Assembly (NCBI RefSeq): GCF_006345805.1
Contig: NC_043013.1
Coordinates: forward strand, 42,408,001-42,472,000
Length of the DNA: 64,000 bases
Source of the DNA: Octopus sinensis
Taxonomy: Eukaryota
Direction of reading: 5' to 3'
In this document: in pieces, positions 26,681 through 40,494 of the stretch
How positions within the stretch are numbered: the stretch's first letter is position 1
Layout: every line of letters begins with the position of its first letter
Position numbers and translations under genes: made by a program
The notes under the pieces: model-generated
Told to the model about the DNA's origin: nothing
Database searches by the model: none
The model's input: only the letters and a program-made list of their open reading frames with translations

Positions 26681-26988
26681 TGTGTGCGTATGCGAGCGTG
26701 TGTGTGTTTACTGCAATGAACGGGGATCCAGGCGACACAGCTGTTTCAGCTACACATGGGTAATAAATCATTTAACAAATTGTTAAACATGAATGGAAGC
26801 AGTGATTGAGTAAAATTTATTAAGTATTGATCAGTGCTCTAATTGATGACATATAATCACTGTTCTTCAGTTAAACACTTGTTGAATTAATTATCTATCA
26901 CCCATTTGTTTTGGAAACAGCTGTAAACCCGGGAATATATGTGTTACCACTAACTCTATTATTCTTCATGAGTGTGTGTGTGTGTAAG

Positions 26989-27028
<40 letters not shown>

Positions 27029-27205
27029 GGAGTGGCTGTGTGGTAAGTAGCTTGTTTACCAACCACATGGTTCTGGGTTCAGTCCCACTGCGTGGCACCT
27101 TGGGTGTCTTCTACTCTAGCCTCGGGCCGACCAAAGCCTTGTGAGTGGATTTGGTAGACGGAAACTGAAAGAAGCCCGTCGTATATATGTATATATATAT
27201 ATATG

Positions 27206-27258
<53 letters not shown>

Positions 27259-27476
27259 TGTGTTTGTGTGTCTGTGTTTGTCCCCCTAGCATTGCTTGAC
27301 AACCGATGCTGGTGTGTTTATGTCCCCGTTACTTAGCGGTTCGGCAAAAGGGAGCGATAGAATAAGTACTAGGCTAGGCTTACAAAAGAATAAGTCCCGG
27401 GGTCGAGTTGCTCGATTAAAGCGGTGCTCCAGCATGACCGCAGTCAAATGACTGAAACAAGTAAAAGAGTAAAAGA

Positions 27477-27479
<3 letters not shown>
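27029..27479 (+). mobile_element. full-length SINE family A
   Basis: Same structure as 9201-9670. Confidence 0.9.
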
Positions 27480-27564
<85 letters not shown>

Positions 27565-27566
27565 TA

Positions 27567-28132
27567 TTGGGTTGTCCGGAAAGTTCGTGCCGATTTATAG
27601 TAGCTTACCTTTCGACTTATTTTAGAACATGGTTGAGTCCATAAAATAGGATTTGACTACACCTCCATTTAGAGCACAGTTTGAGCTATCTTTTCGTGGA
27701 AGAAGGTTTATGTTCCTATAATCTGTGTTCATTCTGTAACCCTTTAAAACGGAAGATAAGAAAGTTCATTTTCGGCACTTGATGCTTTGGAAACCAGACA
27801 AAAATTGCTACAGCTCGGCTGGGATGTGTTGCTCTACCCTCCATATTCACCAGATGTTGGTCCTTCGGATTTCCACTTATTCAGGTCTCTGCAGAATAGT
27901 CTTAATGGTAAACATTTCAATTCCTTGGATGACGTAAAAAAATACCTTGATGAATTCTTTGCCGTGAAACCACCTCAATTCTGGGAAGAGGGTATTTTCA
28001 AATTAAAGGGAAGATGGAAATGCATTGTGCAGCAAAATGGTTCATATTTGGTTGATTAAAAATGTAATGGCAAGTATTTATTGACCTTTTTCTTTCCTTT
28101 AAAAATCGGCACGAACTTTCCGGACAACCCAA
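27567..28132 (+). mobile_element. internally deleted mariner element with perfect 30 bp TIRs and TA target duplication
   Basis: TA|ttgggttgtccggaaagttcgtgccgattt ... aaatcggcacgaactttccggacaacccaa|TA; retains N-term EDKKVHFRHLMLW and C-term YPPYSPDVGPSDFHLFRSLQN..RWKCIVQQNGSY. Confidence 0.95.
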
Positions 28133-28595
28133 TACAAATGTCTCAGTGATAAATATACCACGTGGAAAATAAATCAAAATAAACACATTTGATTTATTTT
28201 CTCCGTATCATTCTATTTAAAGAAAGATAGCTTATCGTTCTGAAAATTTATTATTTATTATTATTATTTTTATTTTATTTTTATTTTATTTTTATTTTTC
28301 ATTTTTATTTTTTTTATCTCATTGTGCCCTCCAGTAAATATTTTTGCTGAAATATTTGTTCCGGTCCGTTTCTTAATGTGGTATACATACATAATATATG
28401 CATGTAATGTATGTATGTATGGATGATGTATGTATGATGTATGTAATGTATGTATGTATGTATGTATGAATGTATGCCTGTATGTAGTATGTATGAATGT
28501 ATGAATGTATGTATGTATGTACGTATATACATACATACATATATGTATATGTATGTATATACATATATATAATATATGTATATATACCTATATAT

Positions 28596-28627
<32 letters not shown>

Positions 28628-28967
28628 ATATATCTATATATATATATATATTTATATATTATATATATATATATGTATGTATGTATGTATGTATATCATA
28701 TATCTCCGACCAATCACATACAGCTAGCTAGCATTCAATTGTGTACAAGTTTCGGTATTTTTGATTGGGTTTGGGATGAAAATTCACAAAAAAGTCACTT
28801 CTATTGATTTTTTAATTGCTTTGCGAGGTGACTGGGGAAATGTAAAGATGTGCATGACTACTCTTGGTCGGTTTTGAATGACCATAGAAAGTGCGAGCCC
28901 TCAAACTGAAATATTGTGGATTTGTATGAAGGACACACACACATACATTTTACCGTTTATATATATA

Positions 28968-29360
28968 CTAGCAGTATCGCCCGGCGTTGCTCGGGTTTGT
29001 AAGGGAAATAATTATATAAGCATTTTTAGAGATGTAAAGTATAATAGCCATCTCAATATGGCTAACCACAAAGGGGGAGGGGTGTTACTGTAGCTTTTTA
29101 CGTTCTGAGATTTAATAATTAATTTTAGAGAGTTACTTCCCTTATATATGTCAAAAAATGATTAAAATGGGAAAAATTGATGGTAAATTTTTTTTTAAAT
29201 CGTAGACTCATCGTAGACGCGCGCTAATACCCAGACGGTCTCGATATGAATCACGACTATAAGATACCCGGTTTTGGTTAAACTGCACCGCAAAATGTGG
29301 GAGTAGTTAGGAATCTAAATCGTAGGAGACAGACACACAACCTCACTTTATATATAAAGA
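28968..29360 (-). mobile_element. non-autonomous Helitron
   Basis: Minus strand 5' TC, 3' cccgagcaacgccggg hairpin then CTAG, inserted between A and T; same 3' end as 60438-60838. Confidence 0.85.
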
Positions 29361-29522
29361 TTTCCTCTATTTACATAATATTGAGGTCTCTTTCTTTCTT
29401 TTGTTATCTTACTGTTTTTACCATATACATATATATATATATATATATAATATATATATAGTTACAGAGATGTACTTGCATAGCAAGTGACTTGATCTGA
29501 GATCGTGTGCTGGAACGAAAAC

Positions 29523-29783
29523 ATTGCAGCGTTGAAGGTGTTTATAAGCCATTTAAGAAACACACAAAAACCGTTAGATTCACTTCAACATTTAAATTTA
29601 ATTTGTCAAAATATTTTCGTCGCTTTGAGACCGCGACCTGTTAGCACGATATTTTTGTCAGTGAACAGGTCGCGGTCTCAAAGCGAGGAAAATATTTTGG
29701 CAAATTAAATTTAAATGTTGAAGTGAATCTAACGGTTTTTGTGTGTTTCTTAAATGGCTTACAAACACCTTCCACGTTGCAAT
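29523..29783. repeat. palindrome, ~120 bp arms, 21 nt spacer
   Basis: 29523-29642 is the reverse complement of 29664-29783 with few mismatches. Confidence 0.95.
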
Positions 29784-30155
29784 ATATATATACACACATA
29801 TATATTATGTATGTATTATGTATGTATGTATGTGTGTATATGTGTATGCATGTATGTGTGTGTGTTGCGTGTCTGTGCTTGTGATTGTCCTCCACCACTA
29901 CTGCTTGACAACGAATGTTGGTTTGTTTACATCCCTGTCACCTAGTGGTTTGACAAAGGAAACAGATAGAATAAGTACAATGCTTACAAAAATAAAACTG
30001 GAGTTGATTCATTAAACTACAATTCTTCAAAGCATTGCCCCAGCATGGCCACAGACCAATGGCTGGAAAAGCAGAGAATAAAAGAATACATTCTCTGCTT
30101 TGGGTCTTATGTTCAAGGCATGGACAAGCTTGAGTTTACATGAGAAGGCCTAACA

Positions 30156-30402
30156 GACCTGGTAGAAACAGCAGCCAAATCTCCTCAAATCAACCCTTAC
30201 TGTCTTATGTATGTATATATATGAGCCAATAAGGGGGACCTCTACATGGTAGCTAGACCTGGTAGAAATAGCAGCCAAATTTCCCCCAATAAACCTTACT
30301 GTCTTATCTATGTATATATGTATATATGAGCCTATGAGGGAGACCCCTACATGGCAGAAATAGCAGCCAAATCTCCCTCAAATCACACCTTACTGTCTTA
30401 TG
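30156..30402 (+). repeat. three ~100 bp tandem units (gaaatagcagccaaat..ccttactgtcttat)
   Basis: Seen directly; related reverse copy at about 48068-48130. Confidence 0.75.
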
Positions 30403-30436
30403 TATGTATATATATATATATACAAGCCACTACGGT

Positions 30437-30986
30437 TATTTAATGTAAAGTCTTCCTCAAATCACTCTCTTGCTATTTATTCTCTTCCAAGAACATTTTC
30501 ACTCACTCTTATCTCTTAGCTTGCCATACATTTTACTCATGTATCTATCAGCGTGATAGACAGAAACAAATATTACATCGCCATCGCCATCGCCATCGCA
30601 TTCTATTGTCTACCTGTCAACACACACACAGTGAATTACTTTCATTTTATTCGTTGCACACTGTGTGTGTGCGTGTGCGTGTGGTGTAAACCACATTAAG
30701 AAAAGCATTTGACATACCACCAGAATGTGAGTTTTCTGTAATTTTGCTTATTGGAGTTTAAATTTTAAAAACTGAACCTGGCATGACCCGATGCATTCTA
30801 CTCTTAAAAATGCTAGGTAAATTGTAATTGAAGAAATCCTATATTGTAGATTTCTATAACTGACAAAGGGAGGCAGATAAAATCTGCCTTTTATAATAAG
30901 AGATTTATATATGTACACATTCATACATACATATACACATGGCTGAATGTATATATGAATATACATCCCTCCATGTTCATATTTGC

Positions 30987-31020
<34 letters not shown>

Positions 31021-31640
31021 CTTCTCTATATATAAAACTGAAATGCGTTTTTACCGCTTGGTTCGCTTTCAATGCCACTACATCCCGTCCGATTCGCTCC
31101 AAAATTTACAGGGACATGTAAAATGAGGTGACGATGCCCGTGGGCTACCTTAGAAAGTGTGGTTGCTAGGGGCCATCTTCCTCACTCACGCTATTTCCTC
31201 CATTCCCCTCTAACTCCCCTTCATGTATAACTTTGACAATTCCACTCCCGTTATTTAATGTATCTGTCTTCCTCAACTCACTCTCGCTATTTCCTCTCTT
31301 CCCAGCACATTTTCACTCAATCTATTTCTTACCTTCCCATAACTTTCACTTATGTATCTGTCTGCATTCTAGAGAGAAACAAATTCATCGCCGTCCCGTC
31401 GCCATCGCATTCTATTGTCTACCTGTCAACGCGCCGATCGACCAAATACAAACAGAAAACACCAACAGCGTTTCGTGTTCTGGTGATAACATAGGTTTTT
31501 CGTATCTATTACATTTTAACATTTATTTAGACCCCTGCAAATTTTTCGTGCTAAATTTTCATTTTTTACTACTTTATTATTTTTTCTTAAATTGACGCTT
31601 TTAATTAAAATTAATTCTAATTGTCTGGGTCAACAGTTCG
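30437..31640. mobile_element. cluster of Helitron-like fragments
   Basis: TC-type 5' ends at ~30902 (-) and ~31020 (+, tcttctctatatataaaa); 30437-30621 degenerate repeat of 31249-31430. Confidence 0.45.
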
Positions 31641-32579
31641 TTTCCTCGGAGGATATGGAAATTCTTATTACCCGTCAGAGAAATAACTCCAACTGCTCAC
31701 AACTATTTCAACAAAGACAAGGTTACCTGCTTACCAGTCGAATTCAGCGTCAACGCTCACGTATGAGACTCCAACACACACACACACACACACATACCAC
31801 AACACACACACCACACACACACCACACACACCATATATATATATATATATATATACAATATATATATATAATGTGTGCATTATGTGGTCGGTTGAGCTAA
31901 AAATATGCACACCTATGTTAAAAGTGCTGGCAAGTTTGCATGACAACTATTTTTTTCCTCAAATGAAAGGCGTCACCTCTAGGACAAAATTCCTCATCTT
32001 ATAAAATGTGGCCCCAGTAGACCCGAATGAAATCGGGTTATATTAACCAAATGTGAAAAGGGGTCTAAATGGGGCTTGAAGGGGATTAAAAAGCACACAC
32101 TTTATAATTGAAAGATTGATGGAAAAAAAAATTGGTGTGGGTGTATGTGAATCATATCTGTACATACACATGGAGGGATGTATATTTATATATACATACA
32201 TCTGTGTATGTATGTATGTATGTATGTATGTATGTATGTATGTATGTATGTATGTATGTATGTATGTATGTATGTATGCATGCATGTACGTATGATAAGG
32301 CTATTGTTCACAGCAGAACATGTACAACCTGTAGAAAGGTGTACTTTCAGTTGAGGGATTGATAAGGCATGTCGAAATACTCGATACTGTGACACCTGTT
32401 CCTTCTGCCAGCCAGCACAGCTGTGCATTATACAATAGAATGTGCAAATCTATGGCGGAGCTCAAGAGTCATGCACGAGTCTCACATTGCATTATCAATG
32501 ACTCACTTCAATGCTTCTTTCTATAATTCGATTTGCTCGTACACGAGAAAACAGCTATTATATATGTGTGATATGTATG

Positions 32580-33551
<972 letters not shown>

Positions 33552-34396
33552 CCTTGTCCTTTGCCAAAGCACTCACAAGTCAGTGAGGGTTTGTGCTTGG
33601 AGCTTCTTTCATAGCATGTTAATTATCCCGTAGTTGGGATCGCGACACGTGCCACTACTCCGGGTCAGAGTAGACCCGGGAACAATACTGGCTAAAAAGA
33701 CGGCTCTACATTCCTCAAAATCTTGGAAGTTCCGAGCCAGGGCCGCACTACCAGATGGAGTTTAAAGTTAGCTCAGAGGCTTCAACCATGACAGAATATC
33801 AAGAAATGGAGTAACTCAAGCAATCCGGTACCATTTTAATACTGCTACCGGCATTCTGTCGGCTACGACGACGAGGAATAAAATTGATCCGATCCAGCAT
33901 GACACAGGATGTGACAAGGCTGGCCCTTTTGAAATACAGGTACAACTCATTTTTGCCATTTGAGTGGACTGGAGTAACGTGAAATAAAGTGTCTTGCTTA
34001 AGGATACAACACGCCGCCGTGAATCCGACCCACGACCTTACGATCGTTACCCGAACACCCTAACCACTAATCCACGTTCCTTCGCGTGTGCCCTTGATAC
34101 CCTTCTGGTAACTCCTGAATAGGTAGAGCTCTCCAGCCCTGTTAGGTAATTCACCCAGAAGAAAGGCCTCATCGATATAAAGCCAACTGATTACTGCAGC
34201 TGTCTTACTTAGGCCGCTGAGTCACTGTGGTCAGACCTCTAGGCCTAAAAAATGAGATCGCATTGCGCGATCATACGAAAACTATTAAGCGAAGAGCGGG
34301 CAGGAAGAAAAACCCTACAACATAAAGGATCAGTTTACATGGCCACAAGAAGGTGTGCTGCTCTTCCTCGTGATCCTCGGATAAGAAGAAACTGCC

Positions 34397-34712
34397 AGTG
34401 GCTGTGTGGCAAGAAGCTTGCTTCCCAACCACATGGTTCCGGGTTCAGTCTCCCACTGCGTAGTACCTTGTACGTGTGTGCGTGTGCGTGTGCGTTTGAG
34501 TCTGTGTTTGTCCCCAACTACCACCGCTTCACAACCGGTGTTGGTGTGTTTACGTCTCCGTAACTTGGCGGTTTGGCAAAAGTAACCGATAGAATAAGTA
34601 CAAAGCTTTAAAAAAGACATAAGTACTAGGGTCGATTCATTCGTATGAAAATTCTTGAAGGCGGTGCCTCAGCATGGCCGTAGTCTAATGACTAAGTAAA
34701 AAAGATAAAAAG
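34397..34712 (+). mobile_element. SINE family A with internal deletion
   Basis: Head and tail present, central part missing. Confidence 0.8.
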
Positions 34713-34774
34713 ATAAATGTATATGTGCATGTATTTGTGTACTGTTGAGAGAGTGTGTGTGTGCATGTACTTTT

Positions 34775-34808
<34 letters not shown>

Positions 34809-35022
34809 TACGGTTACCATTGGTTTAATTTTAAGACAATTTCTTAACACGAAACCAATGATAGCCTTAATACACAAATAAAGAGTCCTTGTCCACTAAT
34901 GCAGTGTTGAGCATTCATTCTCATTGATCGACATTACATATACATAAATGTATATGTATATGTGTGTATGTATATATATTCATATATATATATATATATA
35001 ATATATATATATTATATATATA

Positions 35023-35057
<35 letters not shown>

Positions 35058-35074
35058 AATATATATATATATAT

Positions 35075-36800
35075 CCAATAAGGATAAGTGAAATACTAAA
35101 TGAGCAATTCAAGAGTATTTTCACTCCACCCCTAGGGCATTTTCAAGTCAGCAATCCAATTGACTTCTTTACCACTGCAAATATAAAATCAGAGGCAGCG
35201 ATGATTGATTACATCAATATAAAGGAAGACGGTGTAATAAAGGCTATAGATGAAATGAAAACAAACTCAGCTACTGGCCCCGATGGATTCCCAGCAATCC
35301 TTCTAAAAGTATGTAAGAGAGTCCTAGCAAGACCACTGCAGTTTCTCTTTCAGAGCTTCCTTGCAACTGGCAAACTTCCAAGAAAACTAAAGGAAGGTAA
35401 AATATGCCCTATTCATAAAGGAAGTAGCAGAGCGGAGGCCAAGAACTACAGACCTATCTCTCTGACCTTACACATCAGCAAGGTCATGGAACGTATAGTC
35501 AGAAGGAAACTAATCACCTTCCTTGAAGAAAATGACTTGCTGCCTGACACCCAACATGGTTTCCGACCAGGAAGAAGCTGCTTAACTCAGCTCCTACAAC
35601 ACTATGACTGGGTGCTGAAACGACTGCTCAACCACTCAAATGTGGATGTGATATATCTCGACTTTGCAAAAGCCTTTGATAAAGTCGATCATGGAATGAT
35701 ATGTCACAAACTGCGTGATCTTGGCATAGTTGGACCACTACTGTTCATAATGGCCCTCTAAGACATGCCCTCAGCCACGCAGAGAGCCACGATCACAAGT
35801 TATGCAGATGATACAAAAGTTTCACAGGCAATACAGAACCCTGAAGACACTAAGCACCTGCAATGTGAGCTGGACAAAATATACAAGTGGGCTGAAAAGA
35901 ATAGCATGCAGTTCAATGTTGAAAAGTTTCAAGCTTTATGCTATCAGCATGCAAAACTAAATGCAATACCCAATAAATACACTGGACCAGGAGGGATTAC
36001 AATCCCAGAGGCACAATTAGTGCGAGACCTGGGTATTTACATGAGTGATGATGCAGCCTTTCATGTGCATGTTGCTAAATTGGCAATGAAATGTAGGCGG
36101 CGGACCGGATGGATTCTTAGAACCTTTAGAACAAGAGACCAGGAAACCATGATGGTCCTCTGGAGGACACTTGTCTTAAGCCACTTTGACTATTGCTCTC
36201 AGCTATGGTCACCATCCAGTGTCAAGTTAATCACAAAATTTGAGGCGATCCAACGAAGCTACACGAAGAAGATAGCCTTTGTGCAGCATATAAGCTACTG
36301 GGAAAGACTCAAGAGATTAAGACTCTATTCCTTAGAGCGTAGACGAGAAAGATATGCCATAATATACATCTCGAAGATCCTAGAAGGACTTGTCCCAAAC
36401 TTTGGCATCGAGAGTTACACAAATGCTAGAACTGGGCGCCACTGCATAGTGCCAAGGACTCCAAATTTGCCATCAAGATGTAGGACAAGATACTGTGATA
36501 GCCTGGGCTTCAGAGGCCCACAGCTCTTCAATATCCTCCCGAAGAACCTGAGAGACCTGCATGGGGTGGATGCAGATGTCTTTAAAATAAAACTGGATCT
36601 CTTCCTGTCAGGTGTCCCTGATGAACCAACTTCACGGCAGGAGGTGTAGATGAGGGCAGCTGCATCGAACTCTCTCATGCACCAAATGGCAATTGCTAAA
36701 AACCATTTCATGAAGTAAAATCATGTAGCAACACCAAATGGCGGTGCCCCAGCATGGCCACAGCTCGTGAGCTGAAACTAGATAAAATAAAAAAATAAAA
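35075..36800 (+). mobile_element. 5'-truncated CR1/L2-group LINE (reverse transcriptase pseudo-ORF plus 3' UTR)
   Basis: ATGPDG, PIHKG, NYRPISL, QHGFRPGRSC, YLDFAKAFDKVDH, YADDTK, RDLGI, LYSLERRRERY; GVPQG region deleted, stop at 35759; A-rich tail; (TA)n on both sides. Confidence 0.93.
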
Positions 36801-36900
36801 TATATATATATATATATACTTATTTATATACATACACACGTACGTACGCACGTACATACATACATACATACATACATACATACATACATACATACATACA

Positions 36901-36932
<32 letters not shown>

Positions 36933-37394
36933 CACTCACAGACATGCATATACATACACACGCCCACAGCGAGGCTCACACACATACACAGAGATATGTA
37001 GTATGTTTGTGTGGATTCTTATGTGTGTCAGCAGAGGTAATAAATAACAGCGAGAAAACAGCTGGTGCACTTCAAAATAAGTTCTTCGTGGTATTTGTTT
37101 TACACCGAGTTACAGACACTCCCTTGAGGCTATTAGTTAGAAATAAAGTGAACCAGTGATTAACCCTATGAAAACCTGTAACCATGAACAACGCTATTGT
37201 TTACTAGTTGCGATGGGCAACAAAAACCCTTGCCTGAGAGTGAAGGAGTAACAATCTTTTGAGACTTTACCACCTACACAGATCGTAATATAAATACAAA
37301 CATCCCTGATGATATTATTGTTATTATTGTTACTATTAAATATTTTAAGAGCAAGACCTGCTTTATTTAAGATCTTATTAAAGGTTTTAAAAGT

Positions 37395-38280
37395 AAGGCC
37401 TGCTTATTGATCAACATGGTTGTGCCATCTGGTGTATCAGCAGAAGAGTAAGAAAAATTTGCAAGATATATAGATCTTGAAATAGAGATAAACAGAATAT
37501 GGCTGTTGCTCACATCCAGGACCACATACTTACCTTCCGGGTACAGGAAGATCGTCCGTACCCCGAAATCCAGGTTTTTCTTTCTAAACAGCACTGCCAT
37601 CCCACTCTGCCTCCCATTCCAGACCGACTAAGAGATGCGTATGTATCGAAATCGTCGAAAATGAGGGCTAGATTGCGTGTATCAGAAATCCTGGTTTACT
37701 GACGGCTGTCACATCCATAAATAGTGGCCTGAGGTCGTTGAGCAGGCGACCCAGCTTCCAGGGCGACCCCAGACCATGAATATTTATACTGCCTACTCTT
37801 GAACGCCCTATGATGACCGGACTGAATTTGGAGAAGACGCAAAAGAGTGTCTACTTATGACACGTTGAAACCCAAGCTATTCCGATAGTGATTAGAGCAC
37901 TAAGTGTCATAAAGAAAGGTGTTCAAAGGTATTTTAAAAAGACATACCTGATAAACGGAGCATCTTTGAAATCCAAAAGTTAGTTCTAGTAATATACGTC
38001 AACACACAATCTTTTCTATTTAATATATATAATATACTTAATTGATATTTGATACCATTTATGCGTCTTCAATGCAAAATAAACTTATATATTTATATTC
38101 TTTTATACTTCTTTTAACCACTCCTACCTTTCTATACTTATTGTCTGAATTATTTTTATCTGTAAACTTTTGTGATATGACTTAAGTGAATGAAAACACA
38201 AAAGATGACTGTCAAAACCAACGCTGCCTACCCTAAGTATTTGGTTGATACACGGTTGCATATACAGTGAAATGAGAGGA
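37395..38280 (+). mobile_element. R4/Dong-type LINE 3' end, split by an unidentified ~350 bp insertion
   Basis: CLLINMVVPS..EKFARYIDLEIEINRIW then ..IPIVIRALSVIKKG..FEIQKLVL; followed by (TAA)n. Confidence 0.7.
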
Positions 38281-38288
38281 AAATAATA

Positions 38289-38351
<63 letters not shown>

Positions 38352-38353
<2 letters not shown>

Positions 38354-38629
38354 TTGTATTTAAGAATGGTCATTTTGCCAGTTTAGCCAATAAACACACA
38401 CGCACTATATATTTGGTGTTACTTTGCTTCAGCGTTATTTATTTTTTACATTAATCTTAATCTTATTTCGGCCAGATGAGGTCACAGGAGTGTGACGAAA
38501 GAACTCTGGCCGAAATAAGATTAAGATTAATGTAAAAAATAAATAACGCTGACGTAAAGTAACACCAAATATATAGTGCGTGTATTTTTATTGGCTAAAC
38601 TGGCAAAATGACCATTCCTAAATACAACA
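38352..38629. repeat. palindrome, ~125 bp arms, with hammerhead-like core in the loop
   Basis: 38352-38476 is the reverse complement of 38505-38629; centre gatga-g-gtcaca-ggag-tgtgac-gaaa. Confidence 0.93.
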
Positions 38630-38734
38630 ATATCTGTTTCAACACACGATTTCACATCAAAAATCTTGCAAAACAAATATATAAACGTAATAATAATATA
38701 ATAATAATAATATAATAATAATAATAATAATAAT

Positions 38735-39400
38735 AGTGCAGAATCTGTGGATAAAATGGTGAAACCGTATGGCATATTACCAGCCAGTGTACGCCACTAG
38801 CCCAGAAGGAATATAAAAGACGCCACGACAATATAGCAAGGCTTGTTCATTGGACGCTTTGCAACAAGTATGGTCTTGACAGAGAAAAATATTGGTACGA
38901 CCACAAACCCGAAGGCATCATCGAAAACAGAAATGCAAATATCCTATGGCATTTTATGAATCAGTATGACCATGAGATAGAGAATAGGAAGACAGACATA
39001 GTCTTAATTGAGAAAGAAAACAAACTATGCTGGACCATCGATATAGCATGCCCAGCTGACAACAAGGTATGCAATTAGGAAGAAAGAAAAGTCGATAGGT
39101 ATGACAGGTTAGCTTGGGAGGTAAAGCAGTTGTGGTCGATGAAAAAGGTGGTACCAATAATTTTCGGAGCCCTGGGAACAGTGAGTAAAAATCTCGAGAA
39201 GTGCATGGAACAAATAGGGGCTGCAATAAGAGTGGAGCACTTGCAGAAAACAGTACTGCTTGGAACCGCTCGAATACCCCGGAAGGTGCTCGAAAAATAA
39301 GAGGTGTTACCTTAGTCCATTGGTAGTGAACAGCTGACACCGTAGTACATCTCCAGCGTTAGAAGCTGTGCAAAGCCAATGATGGTGATGAAGATGATAA
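38735..39400 (+). mobile_element. R4/Dong-type LINE 3' end flanked by (TAA)n
   Basis: AQKEYKRRHDNIARLVHW..WYDHKPE..NRKTDIVLIEK..IDIACP..PIIFGALGTV..LQKTVLLGTARI. Confidence 0.9.
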
Positions 39401-39415
39401 TAATAATAATAATAA

Positions 39416-39970
39416 ATGCCCTGATGCAGTACCAGGCAGTGGCTCTCATGGCTTCTGATCTTAACTGATTGGAAGTGTTATCATGTACATTGTTTTGTCT
39501 TGGTATAAAAGATGGGCTACAGCAAATATTCTGCTCAATACCACAGATTTGCTTGTCAGTTGTTTGACCTTAACCAGTTGAGCATGTCCCTTAGTGGCTG
39601 ACGATATGTGCATCTCTGATCACGAGCAGAAGTAGTGGGGGAGCATCATAGCCATGTGTTGAGAAGGATTCTTTGGGGTTTGAATAATTCACTCTGGAAA
39701 CATGGGTGTTTCGTTCAACGTCCTTAAATAACCCTTATTCAGGGACCTTTTGAGCGGGATGGGTTACTCGATCTGAAGAAAATTCTAACTGGGCTCCACC
39801 TGCAAGGTCATGTGCTGTTTATCTTGATATGAGATCACCATGTCGCGCACATATGGTTGTGATGCATGTGCCTGGTGTACCCTTATCAGACGGGTAGTCA
39901 TGATGGGTATACTGGGCTTCGTATATTTTACCCCAGTGTCACTTTGATGGCATGCTCTGCTCGCTCACTC
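39416..39970 (+). mobile_element. unidentified non-coding element between (TAA)n arrays
   Basis: Sharp (TAA)n boundaries at both ends, no ORF; context suggests the 3' UTR or non-autonomous partner of a TAA-targeting LINE. Confidence 0.4.
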
Positions 39971-40009
39971 AATAATAATAATAATAATAATAATAGTAAT
40001 AATAATAAT

Positions 40010-40488
40010 AAGTGGCTGAGAAGCTCAGGACTGAAAGCAGAGACTGAAAGTTTCATATTAGCGGCACAAGTTCAAAGCTTGTTAACCAAAAACTACCAGG
40101 CTAACGTTCTTCAAAACGATTCTGACCCCAAATGCAGATTCTCCTATAAATTTGATGAAACAATAGACCATTTCATCTCGAGATGTCCTGTGCTGACGCC
40201 AAACGAATACAAAAATCGCCATGATAGGTAGGAGAGTATTTACATTGGAAACTATATAAACACTACAAAATCAACACTCCTGCTTACTGATATGAATATC
40301 ATCTTGAGCCGGTCGTTGAAGCTAAAAGTATCACTATCCTCTGGAATTTTCCAGTCAACACCAACAGAACGATCCAGGCTAATCGTCTAGACATAGTCAT
40401 TAAAGACAGGGAAGAAAATACTTGTAGACTAATAGATGTAAATGTTCCCATTGGTAAAAAGCATAATATATCTGTAAAAGAAACTGAC
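40010..40488 (+). mobile_element. R4/Dong-type LINE fragment
   Basis: WLRSSGLKAETESFILAAQ..CRF..ETIDHFISRC..EYKNRHDR..ILWNFPV..ANRLDIVIKD..LIDVNVP; starts at (TAA)n. Confidence 0.88.
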
Positions 40489-40494
40489 ACTCAC

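Noticed and set aside
34964-36649. Active LINE ORF2 or host RT gene
   Set aside because: Start lies in (TA)n, no endonuclease, GVPQG deleted, internal stop
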